This document shows, piece by piece, positions 17,911 through 27,637 of a stretch of 64,000 nucleotides of DNA (its first letter is position 1; every line of letters starts with the position of its first letter). The stretch covers positions 20,568 through 84,567 of the forward strand of contig CAYXMQ010000009.1 of assembly GCA_964466195.1 (NCBI GenBank). The letters are read 5' to 3'. The notes beneath the pieces are model-generated. The model searched no databases. It was given only the letters and a program-made list of their open reading frames with translations, and was not told where the DNA came from. The position numbers were made by a program, and so were the translations under genes. The DNA is from an uncultured Thiobacillus sp. GTDB lineage: Bacteria > Pseudomonadota > Gammaproteobacteria > Burkholderiales > Thiobacillaceae.

Positions 17911-19041
17911 ATGCGCGCCCTCCTTGTTCTTCTGCTTCCTCTTCTCTTGGCTGCTTGCTCGAAAGAGCCGGCCCAGGCTCCCGCCGCGCCCGCGGCGCCC
18001 AAGGCTGATGTCGTCGCCGGCAAGATCGTGGCGCAAGCCAAATGTGCCAGTTGCCATGGCCTGGACGGAATGGGTGCGAGCCCGGATATCCCGCACCTGG
18101 GCGGGCAGAAGGAAGCCTACATGCTGCAGGCTTTTAAGGAATACAAGGATGGCACGCGTCATCACGCCGCGCTGCAGCAATTGATGTCCGAACTCAGTCC
18201 GGCGGATACGGCCAACGTGGTCGCCTACTATTCGGGCATGCCGGTCGCCAAGCCCATGGTCGCCGCCGCCGCCAGCGACCCCTTGGAAGCCGGCAAGCAG
18301 GCCGCTGCCGCTTGTGCCGCCTGCCACGGGGCCGACGGCAACAGCGTGATCAAGGGAACCCCTAGTCTGGCAGGGCAACACCCGGGCTTCCTGATCAACG
18401 CGACCCAGGCTTACAAGGACGGTTCACGCAAGGATGCGGCCATGGCCGCCCAGGTGGCGCGCCTTGATTCCACCGCGCTGGAGGGCATCGCGTATTACCT
18501 GGCGTCACAGGTGCCCGCCGGGCGCGGGCAGCCGGCGGCTGGCGATGCCAAGGCCGGCGAGCCTTTGAGCGGCAAATGCGGCGCTTGCCATGGCGCGAAC
18601 GGCCAAAGCATGGATGCCAAGACCCCCAGCCTGGCCGGTCAGGACTTTACGTATTTGGTGAAGACCATGAAGGCCTATCGCGACGGTGCGCGCAAACATG
18701 AAGACATGAAGCTGGCCATGGCCGGCAGCAAGGACAAGGATATCGAGCACATTGCCGCCTTCTATGCCGTGCAGCAGCCGAAGCAAGCGCATGACCGGAT
18801 GCTGGCGCCGACCGTCGAGCTGGCTTCCCGCTGTGACAAGTGCCACGGGCCGGCCGCCCAGAATCCGAACATGGTGGTGCCGCGTATCGAGGCCCAACAG
18901 GCGCAGTACATCGAAAATGTGCTGAAGGCCTACCGCGACAACTCGCGCCCGCAATCCACCATGCACGCCATGGGCTTGCCGCTCAGCGATGCGGAGATCA
19001 AGTCCATCGCTCTGCACTACGCCGGCATGGGCGCGCGCTAA
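17911..19041 (+). CDS. tetraheme c-type cytochrome lipoprotein (two tandem cytochrome c4-like dihaem units)
   Basis: Lipobox LLLAAC. Four CxxCH motifs (CASCH, CAACH, CGACH, CDKCH), each in a repeated ...LAGQ...Y..AY..G.R... unit. Confidence 0.85.
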   Translation: MRALLVLLLPLLLAACSKEPAQAPAAPAAPKADVVAGKIVAQAKCASCHGLDGMGASPDIPHLGGQKEAYMLQAFKEYKDGTRHHAALQQLMSELSPADTANVVAYYSGMPVAKPMVAAAASDPLEAGKQAAAACAACHGADGNSVIKGTPSLAGQHPGFLINATQAYKDGSRKDAAMAAQVARLDSTALEGIAYYLASQVPAGRGQPAAGDAKAGEPLSGKCGACHGANGQSMDAKTPSLAGQDFTYLVKTMKAYRDGARKHEDMKLAMAGSKDKDIEHIAAFYAVQQPKQAHDRMLAPTVELASRCDKCHGPAAQNPNMVVPRIEAQQAQYIENVLKAYRDNSRPQSTMHAMGLPLSDAEIKSIALHYAGMGAR

Positions 19042-19058
19042 GCGTGTCGATGACTTGT

Positions 19059-19084
19059 CCCCCCGGCCATAATTCTCCGGGGGG
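19059..19084 (+). terminator. GC hairpin downstream of the cytochrome gene
   Basis: ccccccgg / ccgggggg form an 8-bp stem with a 10-nt loop, 18 nt after the stop. There is no U-tract. Confidence 0.35.
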
Positions 19085-19302
19085 CGCAGGCAAAAAGCCG
19101 CGTGCTGCATGCCTTCCTCAGCTTGGATCGGTCGGGTTTGACCACGCAGTGCTTGCTGCCGGCCGCAGGATGCCTCTGCAATCTGCTTCGTCCCTGCCGG
19201 ACAGTGGCGCCGCGGCGTCGCCTGTTTCTTCTTGTTCATGCCGATTGCCGTGTCTGCAGTGATCGATCCCGATAATGTGAATTGAACGAAAAGAAGATCG
19301 CC

Positions 19303-20898
19303 ATGCCCGCTGCCCGTTCCGTGCTTTATGTACGCCTGCCCTGCTGGAAAATCTGGCCGGGCGGCGTGGTCTATGTTGCCGACTGGGTGCACAAGCATCG
19401 GCCGCAGATCGATCAGCATCTGCTCGATCTGGCCTTGATCCCCCGGAATCAGCGCAGTCGCGTACTGGCGGATCACATGCGCCGTCTGAATCCGGACGTG
19501 GTGGCGTTCTCCTGGCGCAACATGCAGTCTTTCGGGCCTCACCCGGAAGACGACGCGCTCGATGTGGTGATGAACTATGACTATGGCAGCAGCCTCTGGA
19601 AACGCGCCAAGGCCGCCTTTTCCGCGGTAGGCATCCTATGGCGCTACCAGGCCGACCGGCTGGCCAATCTGGGTTATTTCCGCCTCGCCAAACGTCTGTT
19701 GCCGCAGAGCCGGCTGGTCGTCGGCGGTACGGCGGTCTCCATTTTCGGTCGCCAGGTGGCCGAACGTTGCCCGCCGGGGGCATTGGTCGTGGTGGGTGAG
19801 GGCGAGGACGCGATGCTGTCGATCGTTGATGGCGATGCGCAACCGCTCGGCGAGTTCTTCCGCAAGGAGGCCGACGGCAGCGTGTCCTATCATCCGCGCG
19901 AGAACGAATTCCCGCTGGCCGAACGCAAGGCGGTCGATTTCCCGTATATCGAGTCGATTTTTCCGCAGTTCGGCGAATATCTGGATATGTCGCCCAATCC
20001 GGATGTGCGTTCCGCCGAGGCCAGCTTCGGTGTCAACACCAAGCGCGGCTGCCCGTTGCAATGCAACTTCTGTCTGTACAACAGGATCGAGGGCGCGCAT
20101 CAGCGCTATCGCGACCCGCTCGAAATCGTCGATGAAATCGAGTTGCTGCATCGCCGTTATGGCGTCTACAGCTTCTGGTTCACCGATGCCCAGTTCTGCT
20201 CGACCAAGCAGAGCGCCCGCCATGTCGAGGAGATACTCGACGAGATCCTGCGCCGGCAACTGAAGATCGTGTGGTCGGGCTATCTGCGCCTGAATCACTT
20301 GACGCCGGTGCTGGCGAAAAAGATGATCGATTCGGGTATCTGCAGCATCGATCTCTCGTTTACCGGCAGCCAGGAACTGATCGATAGCCTCACGCTGGGC
20401 TACAAGCTGGAACAGCAGATGGGCGCTTTCCGCATGTTCAAGGAAGTGGGTTTCACCGATCAAAAGGTCAAGCTGTACATCCCCTTCAACGCCCCGGGCG
20501 AGAGCATCGAAACGCTGCAGCACACCATCGCGCGGATCGAAGACTTGTATGCCCTGTTCGGGCGTGACAATGTGCTGCCGTTCATCTTCTTTGTCGGCAT
20601 TCAGCCGGGCACGCCGATTGAAAAACGCCTCGTCGCCGAGGGCTATCTGCCGGCCAATTACAACCCGCTGACGCTGAACCCCTTCCTGGTCAAGAAGCTG
20701 CTCTACAACCCGGAACCGCTCGGTAGCGTGATCGGCAAAGCCTATCTGGAAGCCGTCGATTCGCAGCACGCGAACAGCGACTACATCGGACGCGCCACGA
20801 TGGACATCCTCAAGCGCGAACTGGTCCGTCCCGAGGTCGTCCAACATTGCGCCGCGGCGGCGGCCCGCAGGAAGACGATACCCATCGCCGTCGGCTGA
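19303..20898 (+). CDS. B12-binding domain-containing radical SAM protein, subfamily unknown
   Basis: CPLQCNFC is a CxxxCxxC radical SAM cluster motif. It follows a ~200-aa N-terminal domain shaped like class-B (cobalamin) rSAM enzymes. The track start at 19282 is TTG; the first ATG is at 19303. Confidence 0.8.
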   Translation: MPAARSVLYVRLPCWKIWPGGVVYVADWVHKHRPQIDQHLLDLALIPRNQRSRVLADHMRRLNPDVVAFSWRNMQSFGPHPEDDALDVVMNYDYGSSLWKRAKAAFSAVGILWRYQADRLANLGYFRLAKRLLPQSRLVVGGTAVSIFGRQVAERCPPGALVVVGEGEDAMLSIVDGDAQPLGEFFRKEADGSVSYHPRENEFPLAERKAVDFPYIESIFPQFGEYLDMSPNPDVRSAEASFGVNTKRGCPLQCNFCLYNRIEGAHQRYRDPLEIVDEIELLHRRYGVYSFWFTDAQFCSTKQSARHVEEILDEILRRQLKIVWSGYLRLNHLTPVLAKKMIDSGICSIDLSFTGSQELIDSLTLGYKLEQQMGAFRMFKEVGFTDQKVKLYIPFNAPGESIETLQHTIARIEDLYALFGRDNVLPFIFFVGIQPGTPIEKRLVAEGYLPANYNPLTLNPFLVKKLLYNPEPLGSVIGKAYLEAVDSQHANSDYIGRATMDILKRELVRPEVVQHCAAAAARRKTIPIAVG

Positions 20899-21023
20899 GC
20901 CCTTCGCCAGCGGGGCCGCGCGCCCAACCGGCTGGCCGGGGTCGAAACGTGTCCCGGTTGCTCCCGCCTCGGACTGATTCGGGTTAGGCTCTAGGCATCC
21001 ATTCCAGCGGCAAGGGCTCAACT

Positions 21024-23603
21024 ATGGCGAAACGCGGCAAAGGGACGGCTGCAAACGCGGCTTTGGCTGAAACGGCGGACGACACGGTTGCCGCCTTGCC
21101 TGCCGAGGATTTTCCCATCGTCGGTATCGGCGCTTCCGCCGGCGGCCTGGAGGCGATCGAGCAGTTCCTGAGCCATGTGCCGGCGGCTTCCGGCATGGCC
21201 TTCATCGTCATTCAGCATCTCGACCCCACCCGCACCGGCATGATGCCGGCATTGTTGCAGCGGGCGACTGCGATGAAAGTCGTGCAGGCCGAAGACAACA
21301 TGCCTGTGCAGCCGGATTGCGTTTATGTGATTCCGCCCAACAAGGACATGTCGCTGCTGCACGGCAAACTGCATTTGCTCGTGCCGCTCGAGTCGCGCGG
21401 ATTGCGCCTGCCGATCGACTATTTCTTTCGCGCGCTGGCCGATGACCGGCAACAACAGGCCATCGGCGTGATTCTTTCCGGCATGGGTTCGGATGGCACG
21501 CTGGGGATCAAGGCGATCAAGGAAAAGGCCGGTCTGGTGCTGGTGCAGGAACCGACCTGCGCCAAGTTCGACGGCATGCCGCGCAGCGCCATCGATACCG
21601 GTCTGGCCGACATCGTCGCCCCGGCCGAAGTGCTGCCCGAGCGGCTGGCGGCCGCCAGCCTCCATGCCTTGCCAGCGCGAATGCCCGAACGGGTGCTGGA
21701 AGGCGCCAGCCAGAGCGCGCTGGACAAGATCGTGATCCAGTTGCGCGCACGCACCGGGCATGACTTTTCGTTGTACAAGAAAAGCACGGTTTATCGCCGC
21801 ATCGAGCGGCGCATGGGCATCCACCAGATCGACCGCATCGCCACCTATGCCCGCTTTCTGCAGGAGAACCCGGCCGAGGTCGATCTGCTGTTCAAGGAAC
21901 TCTTGATTGGCGTGACCAGTTTCTTCCGCGATCCGTCCGCCTGGGCGTATCTGCAGGAACAGGCATTGCCGGCGCTGCTGGCGGAAAACCCCAACGGTCG
22001 CACGCTGCGCGCCTGGACGCCGGGCTGTTCTTCCGGCGAAGAAGCCTATTCGCTGGCGATCGCGTTCCGGGAAGTTCTGGAGCAGATCAACCCGAAGAGC
22101 CGCTTCACATTGCAGGTATTCGCCACCGACCTCGACCAGGACGCCATCGACCGCGCCCGCCAGGGCATCTACCCGGTCAACATCGCCGCCGATGTGACGC
22201 CGGAGCGGCTGGATCGCTACTTCGTCAGCGAGGCGGGCGGCTATCGGGTGAGCAAGGAAATTCGCGAAATGGTGATCTTCGCGCCGCAGAACGTGCTGTC
22301 CGACCCGCCATTCACCAAGCTGGACATCCTCGCTTGCCGCAATCTGCTGATCTACCTCGGCGCCGAATTGCAAAAGAAGCTGCTGCCGCTGTTCCACTAC
22401 AGCCTGAATCCGGGCGGCATCTTGTTTCTCGGCAGCGCCGAATCCATAGGCGGTTGCACCGATTTGTTCGCCCCGCTCGATGCCAAGAGCCGTGTGTATC
22501 AGCGTATCGGCGGTGCACGGGGCGCGTCGGCGATGGAGTTTCCGACCAAAGCGTTTCCGCGCCTGCCGGCCTCGCCGCAAGACGTCGTCACGCCCTCGGC
22601 CGCCAATCTGCAAAGCCTGGTCGAGCAGCGCATCCTGCAGCAATTCGCCCCGGCGGCCGTGCTGGTCAACGACAAAGGCGATATCGTCTATATCAGCGGC
22701 CGTACCGGAAAATACCTGGAACCGGCCGCCGGCAAGGCCAACTGGAACATCCACGCGATGGCGCGCGACGGGCTGCGCCATGAGCTGGCGCTGGCTTTGC
22801 AAACGGCGCGGCACCAGGGCGGCACGGTCGAGGTGCGCGGTCTCGCGGTGGGCGCCGACGGCGGCCGCCAGCCTTTCGATCTGGCCGTGCAGGTTCTGGC
22901 GGAACCGGCGGAATTGAAAGGCATGGCGCTGATCGTGCTGCAGGATCGGCCCACCCCCGCGCCGGACAAGGCGAAAACGGCGCACGCCCCGGCGCGCAGC
23001 GGCCGAAATGCGGAACTGGAGGCGGCCTTGCTGCGCGCGCAGGATCAAATCCGCTCGCTGCGCGAAGAGATGCAGACTTCGCAGGAAGAATTGCGTTCGG
23101 CCAACGAGGAACTGCAGTCGACCAACGAGGAGCTGCAATCGACCAACGAGGAACTGACCACGTCGAAAGAGGAAATGCAGTCGCTCAACGAGGAATTACA
23201 GACTGTGAACGCCGAACTGCAATCCAAGCTGGACGACCTCTCGCGCACCAACAACGACATGAAGAATCTGCTCAACAGCACCGACATCGCCACGGTATTC
23301 CTCGACAATCAGCTCAAGGTGCGCCGCTTCACGACGCCGACCACGCGGCTGATCAAGTTGATCCCCGGCGATGTCGGCCGTCCGCTGAGCGACATCGTCA
23401 GCGACCTGATCTACCCGGAGTTGCAGAACGACGCCCACGAAGTCCTGCGTACGCTGGTGTTTTCCGAGAAGGCCGTCACCACTCGCGACGGCCGCTGGTA
23501 CACGGTGAAGATCATGCCCTACCGCACGCTCGACAACGTCATCGACGGCGTCGTCATCACCTTCATGGATATCACCGCCAGCAAGCGGCGGGCGGTGAAA
23601 TAG
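21024..23603 (+). CDS. CheB-like methylesterase / CheR-like methyltransferase / coiled coil / PAS fusion protein
   Basis: FPIVGIGASAGGLEA (CheB-type) and GCSSGEEAYSLAIAF (CheR SAM-binding) are present. An NEELQ heptad coiled coil and a C-terminal PAS follow. Length is 859 aa. Confidence 0.85.
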   Translation: MAKRGKGTAANAALAETADDTVAALPAEDFPIVGIGASAGGLEAIEQFLSHVPAASGMAFIVIQHLDPTRTGMMPALLQRATAMKVVQAEDNMPVQPDCVYVIPPNKDMSLLHGKLHLLVPLESRGLRLPIDYFFRALADDRQQQAIGVILSGMGSDGTLGIKAIKEKAGLVLVQEPTCAKFDGMPRSAIDTGLADIVAPAEVLPERLAAASLHALPARMPERVLEGASQSALDKIVIQLRARTGHDFSLYKKSTVYRRIERRMGIHQIDRIATYARFLQENPAEVDLLFKELLIGVTSFFRDPSAWAYLQEQALPALLAENPNGRTLRAWTPGCSSGEEAYSLAIAFREVLEQINPKSRFTLQVFATDLDQDAIDRARQGIYPVNIAADVTPERLDRYFVSEAGGYRVSKEIREMVIFAPQNVLSDPPFTKLDILACRNLLIYLGAELQKKLLPLFHYSLNPGGILFLGSAESIGGCTDLFAPLDAKSRVYQRIGGARGASAMEFPTKAFPRLPASPQDVVTPSAANLQSLVEQRILQQFAPAAVLVNDKGDIVYISGRTGKYLEPAAGKANWNIHAMARDGLRHELALALQTARHQGGTVEVRGLAVGADGGRQPFDLAVQVLAEPAELKGMALIVLQDRPTPAPDKAKTAHAPARSGRNAELEAALLRAQDQIRSLREEMQTSQEELRSANEELQSTNEELQSTNEELTTSKEEMQSLNEELQTVNAELQSKLDDLSRTNNDMKNLLNSTDIATVFLDNQLKVRRFTTPTTRLIKLIPGDVGRPLSDIVSDLIYPELQNDAHEVLRTLVFSEKAVTTRDGRWYTVKIMPYRTLDNVIDGVVITFMDITASKRRAVK
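23100..23162 (+). repeat. three tandem 21-nt (7-codon) repeats inside the CheB/CheR fusion gene
   Basis: gccaacgaggaactgcagtcg / accaacgaggagctgcaatcg / accaacgaggaactgaccacg encode (A/T)NEELQS heptads. Confidence 0.9.
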
Positions 23604-23681
23604 CGGCGGCGGGTTTTTCTACGGCTTGCTTGTCGCCGCGGCTTGTTGCAAGGTGCGGGCAAATACTCTCTGGAGAAACGC

Positions 23682-24140
23682 ATGTCCTGGCTGATTCCTT
23701 TTTTTCTGGTTCTGCATCTGCTGGCCGCCATCGGCTGGGTCGGCGGCATGTTGTTCGCGCACCTGGCGTTGCGGCCGAGTGCAATGGCGCTGGAACCGCC
23801 GGTGCGGTTGGCTTTATGGCAGCGGGTGTTTTCGCGCTTCTTTCCGCTGGTCTGGCTGTGTATTGCGCTCTTGCTGGTGACCGGCCATGGTTTGACCGGG
23901 CTGGGCGCCGGCGCGGGTTCGCATACGGTGTTGGCCATGATGTTGATCGGCTGGCTCATGACGGCGCTGTTCGCCTATTTGTATTTTCAGCCCTACGCCG
24001 CGTTGCGGGCGGCCTTGTCGGCGGGCGACATCCCTGCCGCCGCCGCCGCGCAGAACACGATACGGCAGATCGTCGCGACCAACCTGACGCTGGGGCTGGT
24101 GGTCTGCGTGCTGGGCGTGCTGGCGCGTTTCTTCGGTTGA
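23682..24140 (+). CDS. CopD-like integral membrane protein (4 TM), function unknown
   Basis: ATG 23682 (MSWLIPFFLVLHLLAAIGWVGGMLF...). Four hydrophobic helices. The family call is approximate. Confidence 0.5.
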   Translation: MSWLIPFFLVLHLLAAIGWVGGMLFAHLALRPSAMALEPPVRLALWQRVFSRFFPLVWLCIALLLVTGHGLTGLGAGAGSHTVLAMMLIGWLMTALFAYLYFQPYAALRAALSAGDIPAAAAAQNTIRQIVATNLTLGLVVCVLGVLARFFG

Positions 24141-24287
24141 GCGGCGCCGCGGCCTTGCCTGCATAGCGCGTAACGCGCGCGATCGAGCGTCCCGACGCAT
24201 ATATGCCTTGGGCGAGCGGGGCCGGGCCGTTTCCGGGGGAGGAGGGCGGTGGTATCCTGCCCGCTCTCCCGCATTGCAGCTCCCGCC

Positions 24288-24707
24288 ATGACCTCTATTG
24301 CCCCCCGTAACGAAGTGGAACGCCTGTTGTCCGACATGGATCAAGGCAATCTGGACCCGGAAACCTTTGCGCGGCAGTTGCTCGACCATCAGGTTTTCAT
24401 GCCGATCAAGGATGAAAAGCACCAGATCGCCGGTTTCCAGCTGTCCACCAAAGCCGACCCGCTGGTCATCGACGACGAGGACGGCAACCGCGTGTTCATC
24501 GCCTTTTCCTCACCCGAGCGCGCCAAGGAATTCACCGCCGAATTTCCCGGCTACAGCGGCGGCTTGCTCACCGAAGTGTCCTGGATCATCAAGCGCATGG
24601 GCGCCGACATGGGTCTGTCGATCAATCCGGGCCAGGATCCCGGCTTCGATTTCGATGCCGACATGGTCGCAATGCTGGCTTCGTTGTTGCCGGAGCAGGA
24701 TCAATGA
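24288..24707 (+). CDS. SseB family protein
   Basis: ATG 24288. The pattern (...HQVFMPIKDE..., FIAFSSPERAKEF) is like SseB-family (enhanced serine sensitivity / T3SS-SseB-like) proteins. Confidence 0.6.
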   Translation: MTSIAPRNEVERLLSDMDQGNLDPETFARQLLDHQVFMPIKDEKHQIAGFQLSTKADPLVIDDEDGNRVFIAFSSPERAKEFTAEFPGYSGGLLTEVSWIIKRMGADMGLSINPGQDPGFDFDADMVAMLASLLPEQDQ

Positions 24708-25237
24708 CCAACCGTCAGGTCGGCGAGGTCTATAGCCCGGAGCATGCCCGCTACGACGAAGGTGCGCGTTACGCCTACAGCGAAGGCGCCCATGAACTGG
24801 TCTTGTTCTGGAGCGCCCCGACGCTGGCGGAAGTCGACGGATTCCGCTTGCAGCCGATGGACGTCGCGTTGTTCACGCATGGGCCGGCGGCGTTTCTGCT
24901 GTACAAGATCAAGGATGTCTGCGAATGGTCCGACGTCGCGTTCAACATCCATCTGATCCCGGAAGCGCAACGTGAACTGCCGACCGAAACGCCGGGGGAT
25001 CGTGCGCGTTTCAGAATGGTTTTGGTCGATGCCGAAGACGGCGTGATCCGGGCCAAGCGCATCGTCTCGCTCGACAAGGTGATGACTCAGGCGATCAAAC
25101 ACACCATGCACGATCAGGCCGCCACGGCGTTCAACCGCATCATCTATGAAGCGGCCGTGCAGGAGGTCTACAGCCGTTATGCCGACAGCGACGCTTTGGC
25201 GAACGTGGCTGAAGTGGTCGAAGCGGCTCTGGGCTGA
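24704..25237 (+). CDS. hypothetical protein
   Basis: The ATG overlaps the SseB stop (ATGA). 177 aa with high GC3. I recognise no family. Confidence 0.5.
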   Translation: MTNRQVGEVYSPEHARYDEGARYAYSEGAHELVLFWSAPTLAEVDGFRLQPMDVALFTHGPAAFLLYKIKDVCEWSDVAFNIHLIPEAQRELPTETPGDRARFRMVLVDAEDGVIRAKRIVSLDKVMTQAIKHTMHDQAATAFNRIIYEAAVQEVYSRYADSDALANVAEVVEAALG

Positions 25238-25245
25238 TTCACGCA

Positions 25246-26643
25246 ATGCTGAATGCCGCCATCCTGGCCGAATTGCAGGCGCTGCTGAGCGTCGACCGCG
25301 TCTTTGTCGATGCCGCCACGCTGGCGCTCTACGCCAGCGACGAGACGCCGAAATCCTGTTTGCCCGATGCCGTGCTGTTTCCTGCCGGCCATGATGACGT
25401 CGTCGCCATCGTCAAACTGGCCAACCGGCACGCCAAAGCGCTGGTGGCTCGCGGCGCCGGTTCCGGCAATGTCGGCGGTGCGATGCCGGTCAGCGGCAGC
25501 CTGGTGGTCAGTTTCGAGTGCATGAACCGCATCATCGAGTTCGACGCGGCGAATCGTTTGGTCGTGGTCGAGCCCGGCGTGGTGACTGATGACATCGACG
25601 CGCTCGCCAACACGGTCGGCCTGATGTACGCGCCCGATCCCGGCTCCGGCGCCTATTGCCGCATCGGCGGCAATCTGGCGATGAACGCCGCCGGACCGCG
25701 TTGCGTGAAATATGGCGCCACGCGCGACCATGTCCTCGGCTTGCGCGCGGTGACCGGCGACGGCCGCGAAATTCGGGTCGGCGGACGCACCACCAAATAC
25801 GCCACCGCCTACGATCTCAGCCGCCTGCTGGTCGGCTCGGAAGGCACGCTGGCGCTGATTACCGAAGCCACTCTTAAACTGATGCCGCTGCCGGAAAGCA
25901 TCGCCACGCTGCGTGTCTGCTATGCCAGCAACGCGGCGGCCTGTGCGGCGGTCAGCCGGATCATGGGGCGACCGGGGGCGAACGCCGTACTGCCGAGCGC
26001 GCTCGAATTCATGGACCGCCATGCCATCGAGGCGATACGCGAATACGGCGCGGCGGATGGTTTGCCGGCCGGTACGCAAGCCGTGTTGATGGTGGAGGCC
26101 GATGGCGCGGCAGCCGATCTGCCGCGCCAGATTGCGGCGCTGGAAGCCGCGTTGGCGGGCGAGGGCTTGCTGGAAATTCAGAGCGGCTTCACCGCCGCCG
26201 CCATCGCCGACTTGTGGATCGCGCGAAAATCGCTGTCGCATGCGGTGAAGAAAATCGCGCCGCTGAAAATCAATGAAGACGTGGTGGTGCCGGTGGCCCG
26301 TCTGGCCAATCTGGTCAGCGCCATCGACGCGCTGGGCCGGCAGTATCGCGTGCCGATCGTCAGCTTCGGCCATGCCGGCAACGGCAATCTGCATGTCAAT
26401 CTGATGGTGCATGCCGACGACACCGAAGAAATGGCGCGCGCCGGCGCCTGCCGCGACGGCCTGATCGAAGCCGTGCTCGGTCTGGGCGGCAGCCTGTCCG
26501 GCGAGCACGGCATCGGCAGCGAGAAACGCCACTATGTCGGCCGCGAGCTGGACGCCTCGACGTTGGCGATGATGCGCGATCTGAAAAAACTGTTCGATCC
26601 GCAGGGTTTGCTCAATCCGGGCAAGAAATTGCCGGATTTCTGA
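25246..26643 (+). CDS. FAD-binding oxidase, GlcD / D-2-hydroxyacid dehydrogenase family
   Basis: ARGAGSGNVGG, PDPGSGAYCRIGGNLAMNAAG and GSEGTLALITEATLKL are typical of FAD_binding_4 plus FAD-oxidase_C. No glcE/glcF genes are adjacent. Confidence 0.85.
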   Translation: MLNAAILAELQALLSVDRVFVDAATLALYASDETPKSCLPDAVLFPAGHDDVVAIVKLANRHAKALVARGAGSGNVGGAMPVSGSLVVSFECMNRIIEFDAANRLVVVEPGVVTDDIDALANTVGLMYAPDPGSGAYCRIGGNLAMNAAGPRCVKYGATRDHVLGLRAVTGDGREIRVGGRTTKYATAYDLSRLLVGSEGTLALITEATLKLMPLPESIATLRVCYASNAAACAAVSRIMGRPGANAVLPSALEFMDRHAIEAIREYGAADGLPAGTQAVLMVEADGAAADLPRQIAALEAALAGEGLLEIQSGFTAAAIADLWIARKSLSHAVKKIAPLKINEDVVVPVARLANLVSAIDALGRQYRVPIVSFGHAGNGNLHVNLMVHADDTEEMARAGACRDGLIEAVLGLGGSLSGEHGIGSEKRHYVGRELDASTLAMMRDLKKLFDPQGLLNPGKKLPDF

Positions 26644-26793
26644 TCGTGCGCCCCGGCGGGCGCTGCAGTTGCCGCCAGCACACTTCGTCCGGCTGGCACA
26701 CGCTTTACAAACGAGCACGATTACCCGGATAGTTCGTATGGGTATTGCAGGTTGCGACCCAAAACAACTATCAGACCTATGAGGAGCTCGTCC

Positions 26794-27534
26794 ATGAAGT
26801 CCCTGAACATGATCATCTTGTCGGTCGCGGCGGCCGTATCCCTGCTGTTGTTGGTGACGGTGTATTTCCTGTTTTCAGGCTTTAGCGAACGCATGATGCA
26901 ACAGACCGCCTTTTCGCAAGCATCGGTCGTATCCAGGCTCGCTTTTTCCAATATGTACCAGCTCATGAATCTGGGCTGGAAGCGCGATCAGGTTATCGCC
27001 TTCAGCGAGAGTGCAACCCAATCGCTGGCCGGCTCGCCACTGCACATCGCGTTCTATCGTGGCGAACGGGTGGCGCAGCGTTACGGTCCGGTCGTCCAGC
27101 AAGCCATGACGCCTGACCTGGAAAAAGCCCTCCGCAGCGGCCGGCCGGTTGAAATCGCAACCCCCTATGGCGGCCGCTATATCTATCCTTTGCAGGCCGA
27201 TCAACGTTGCTTGCGTTGCCACGAAAACGTGAAAGTGGGAGACGTGCTAGGTGCGGTCACGGTCGAGGCGCGTTACGAACGATTCATTGAAGATGCGCGC
27301 AAGCTGCTGATGATGATTCTGCTCATGCTGGCGCCCGCTCCTTTTGCCGCCGCCTGGTTGGTGACGATTTATCTGGATCGCCGGATCAAGCACTTTATCC
27401 AGCAGGTCGACGACGTACTCGAACGATCCGAAACGAGCGCCAAAACCCCCGATTTCAATACGGTAAAACCGGCCTGGAAGGAACTCGATGAGGTGCTCGA
27501 CCGCTTCAAGCGGCTGGATTTGCGGCGAAACTGA
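26794..27534 (+). CDS. membrane-anchored c-type heme protein, DUF3365 (Tll0287-like) sensor-type domain
   Basis: gaggag RBS 7 nt upstream. TM helix, ~170-aa periplasmic domain with CLRCH, second TM helix, and a short cytoplasmic tail. GC is roughly 54% by eye, against roughly 65% in the flanks. Confidence 0.6.
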   Translation: MKSLNMIILSVAAAVSLLLLVTVYFLFSGFSERMMQQTAFSQASVVSRLAFSNMYQLMNLGWKRDQVIAFSESATQSLAGSPLHIAFYRGERVAQRYGPVVQQAMTPDLEKALRSGRPVEIATPYGGRYIYPLQADQRCLRCHENVKVGDVLGAVTVEARYERFIEDARKLLMMILLMLAPAPFAAAWLVTIYLDRRIKHFIQQVDDVLERSETSAKTPDFNTVKPAWKELDEVLDRFKRLDLRRN

Positions 27535-27637
27535 GCCCGTTGTAAGGATTTTACTGACGGGTTTGCTTTACAAAGCGGGACTACCCCGCCTATAAATTGG
27601 CCGCCTTGCCTCGTTTCGCCCTCTTGCGAATTAGCCG

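Noticed and set aside
19042-19302. Cobalamin riboswitch in front of the B12-binding radical SAM gene. GCCACTG and CCGGCAGGGA-like strings occur on the minus strand around 19190-19215.
   Set aside because: The B12-box-like strings are on the wrong strand for the downstream gene. The upstream conserved elements (GGTG...AA.GGGAA...) are absent on either strand.
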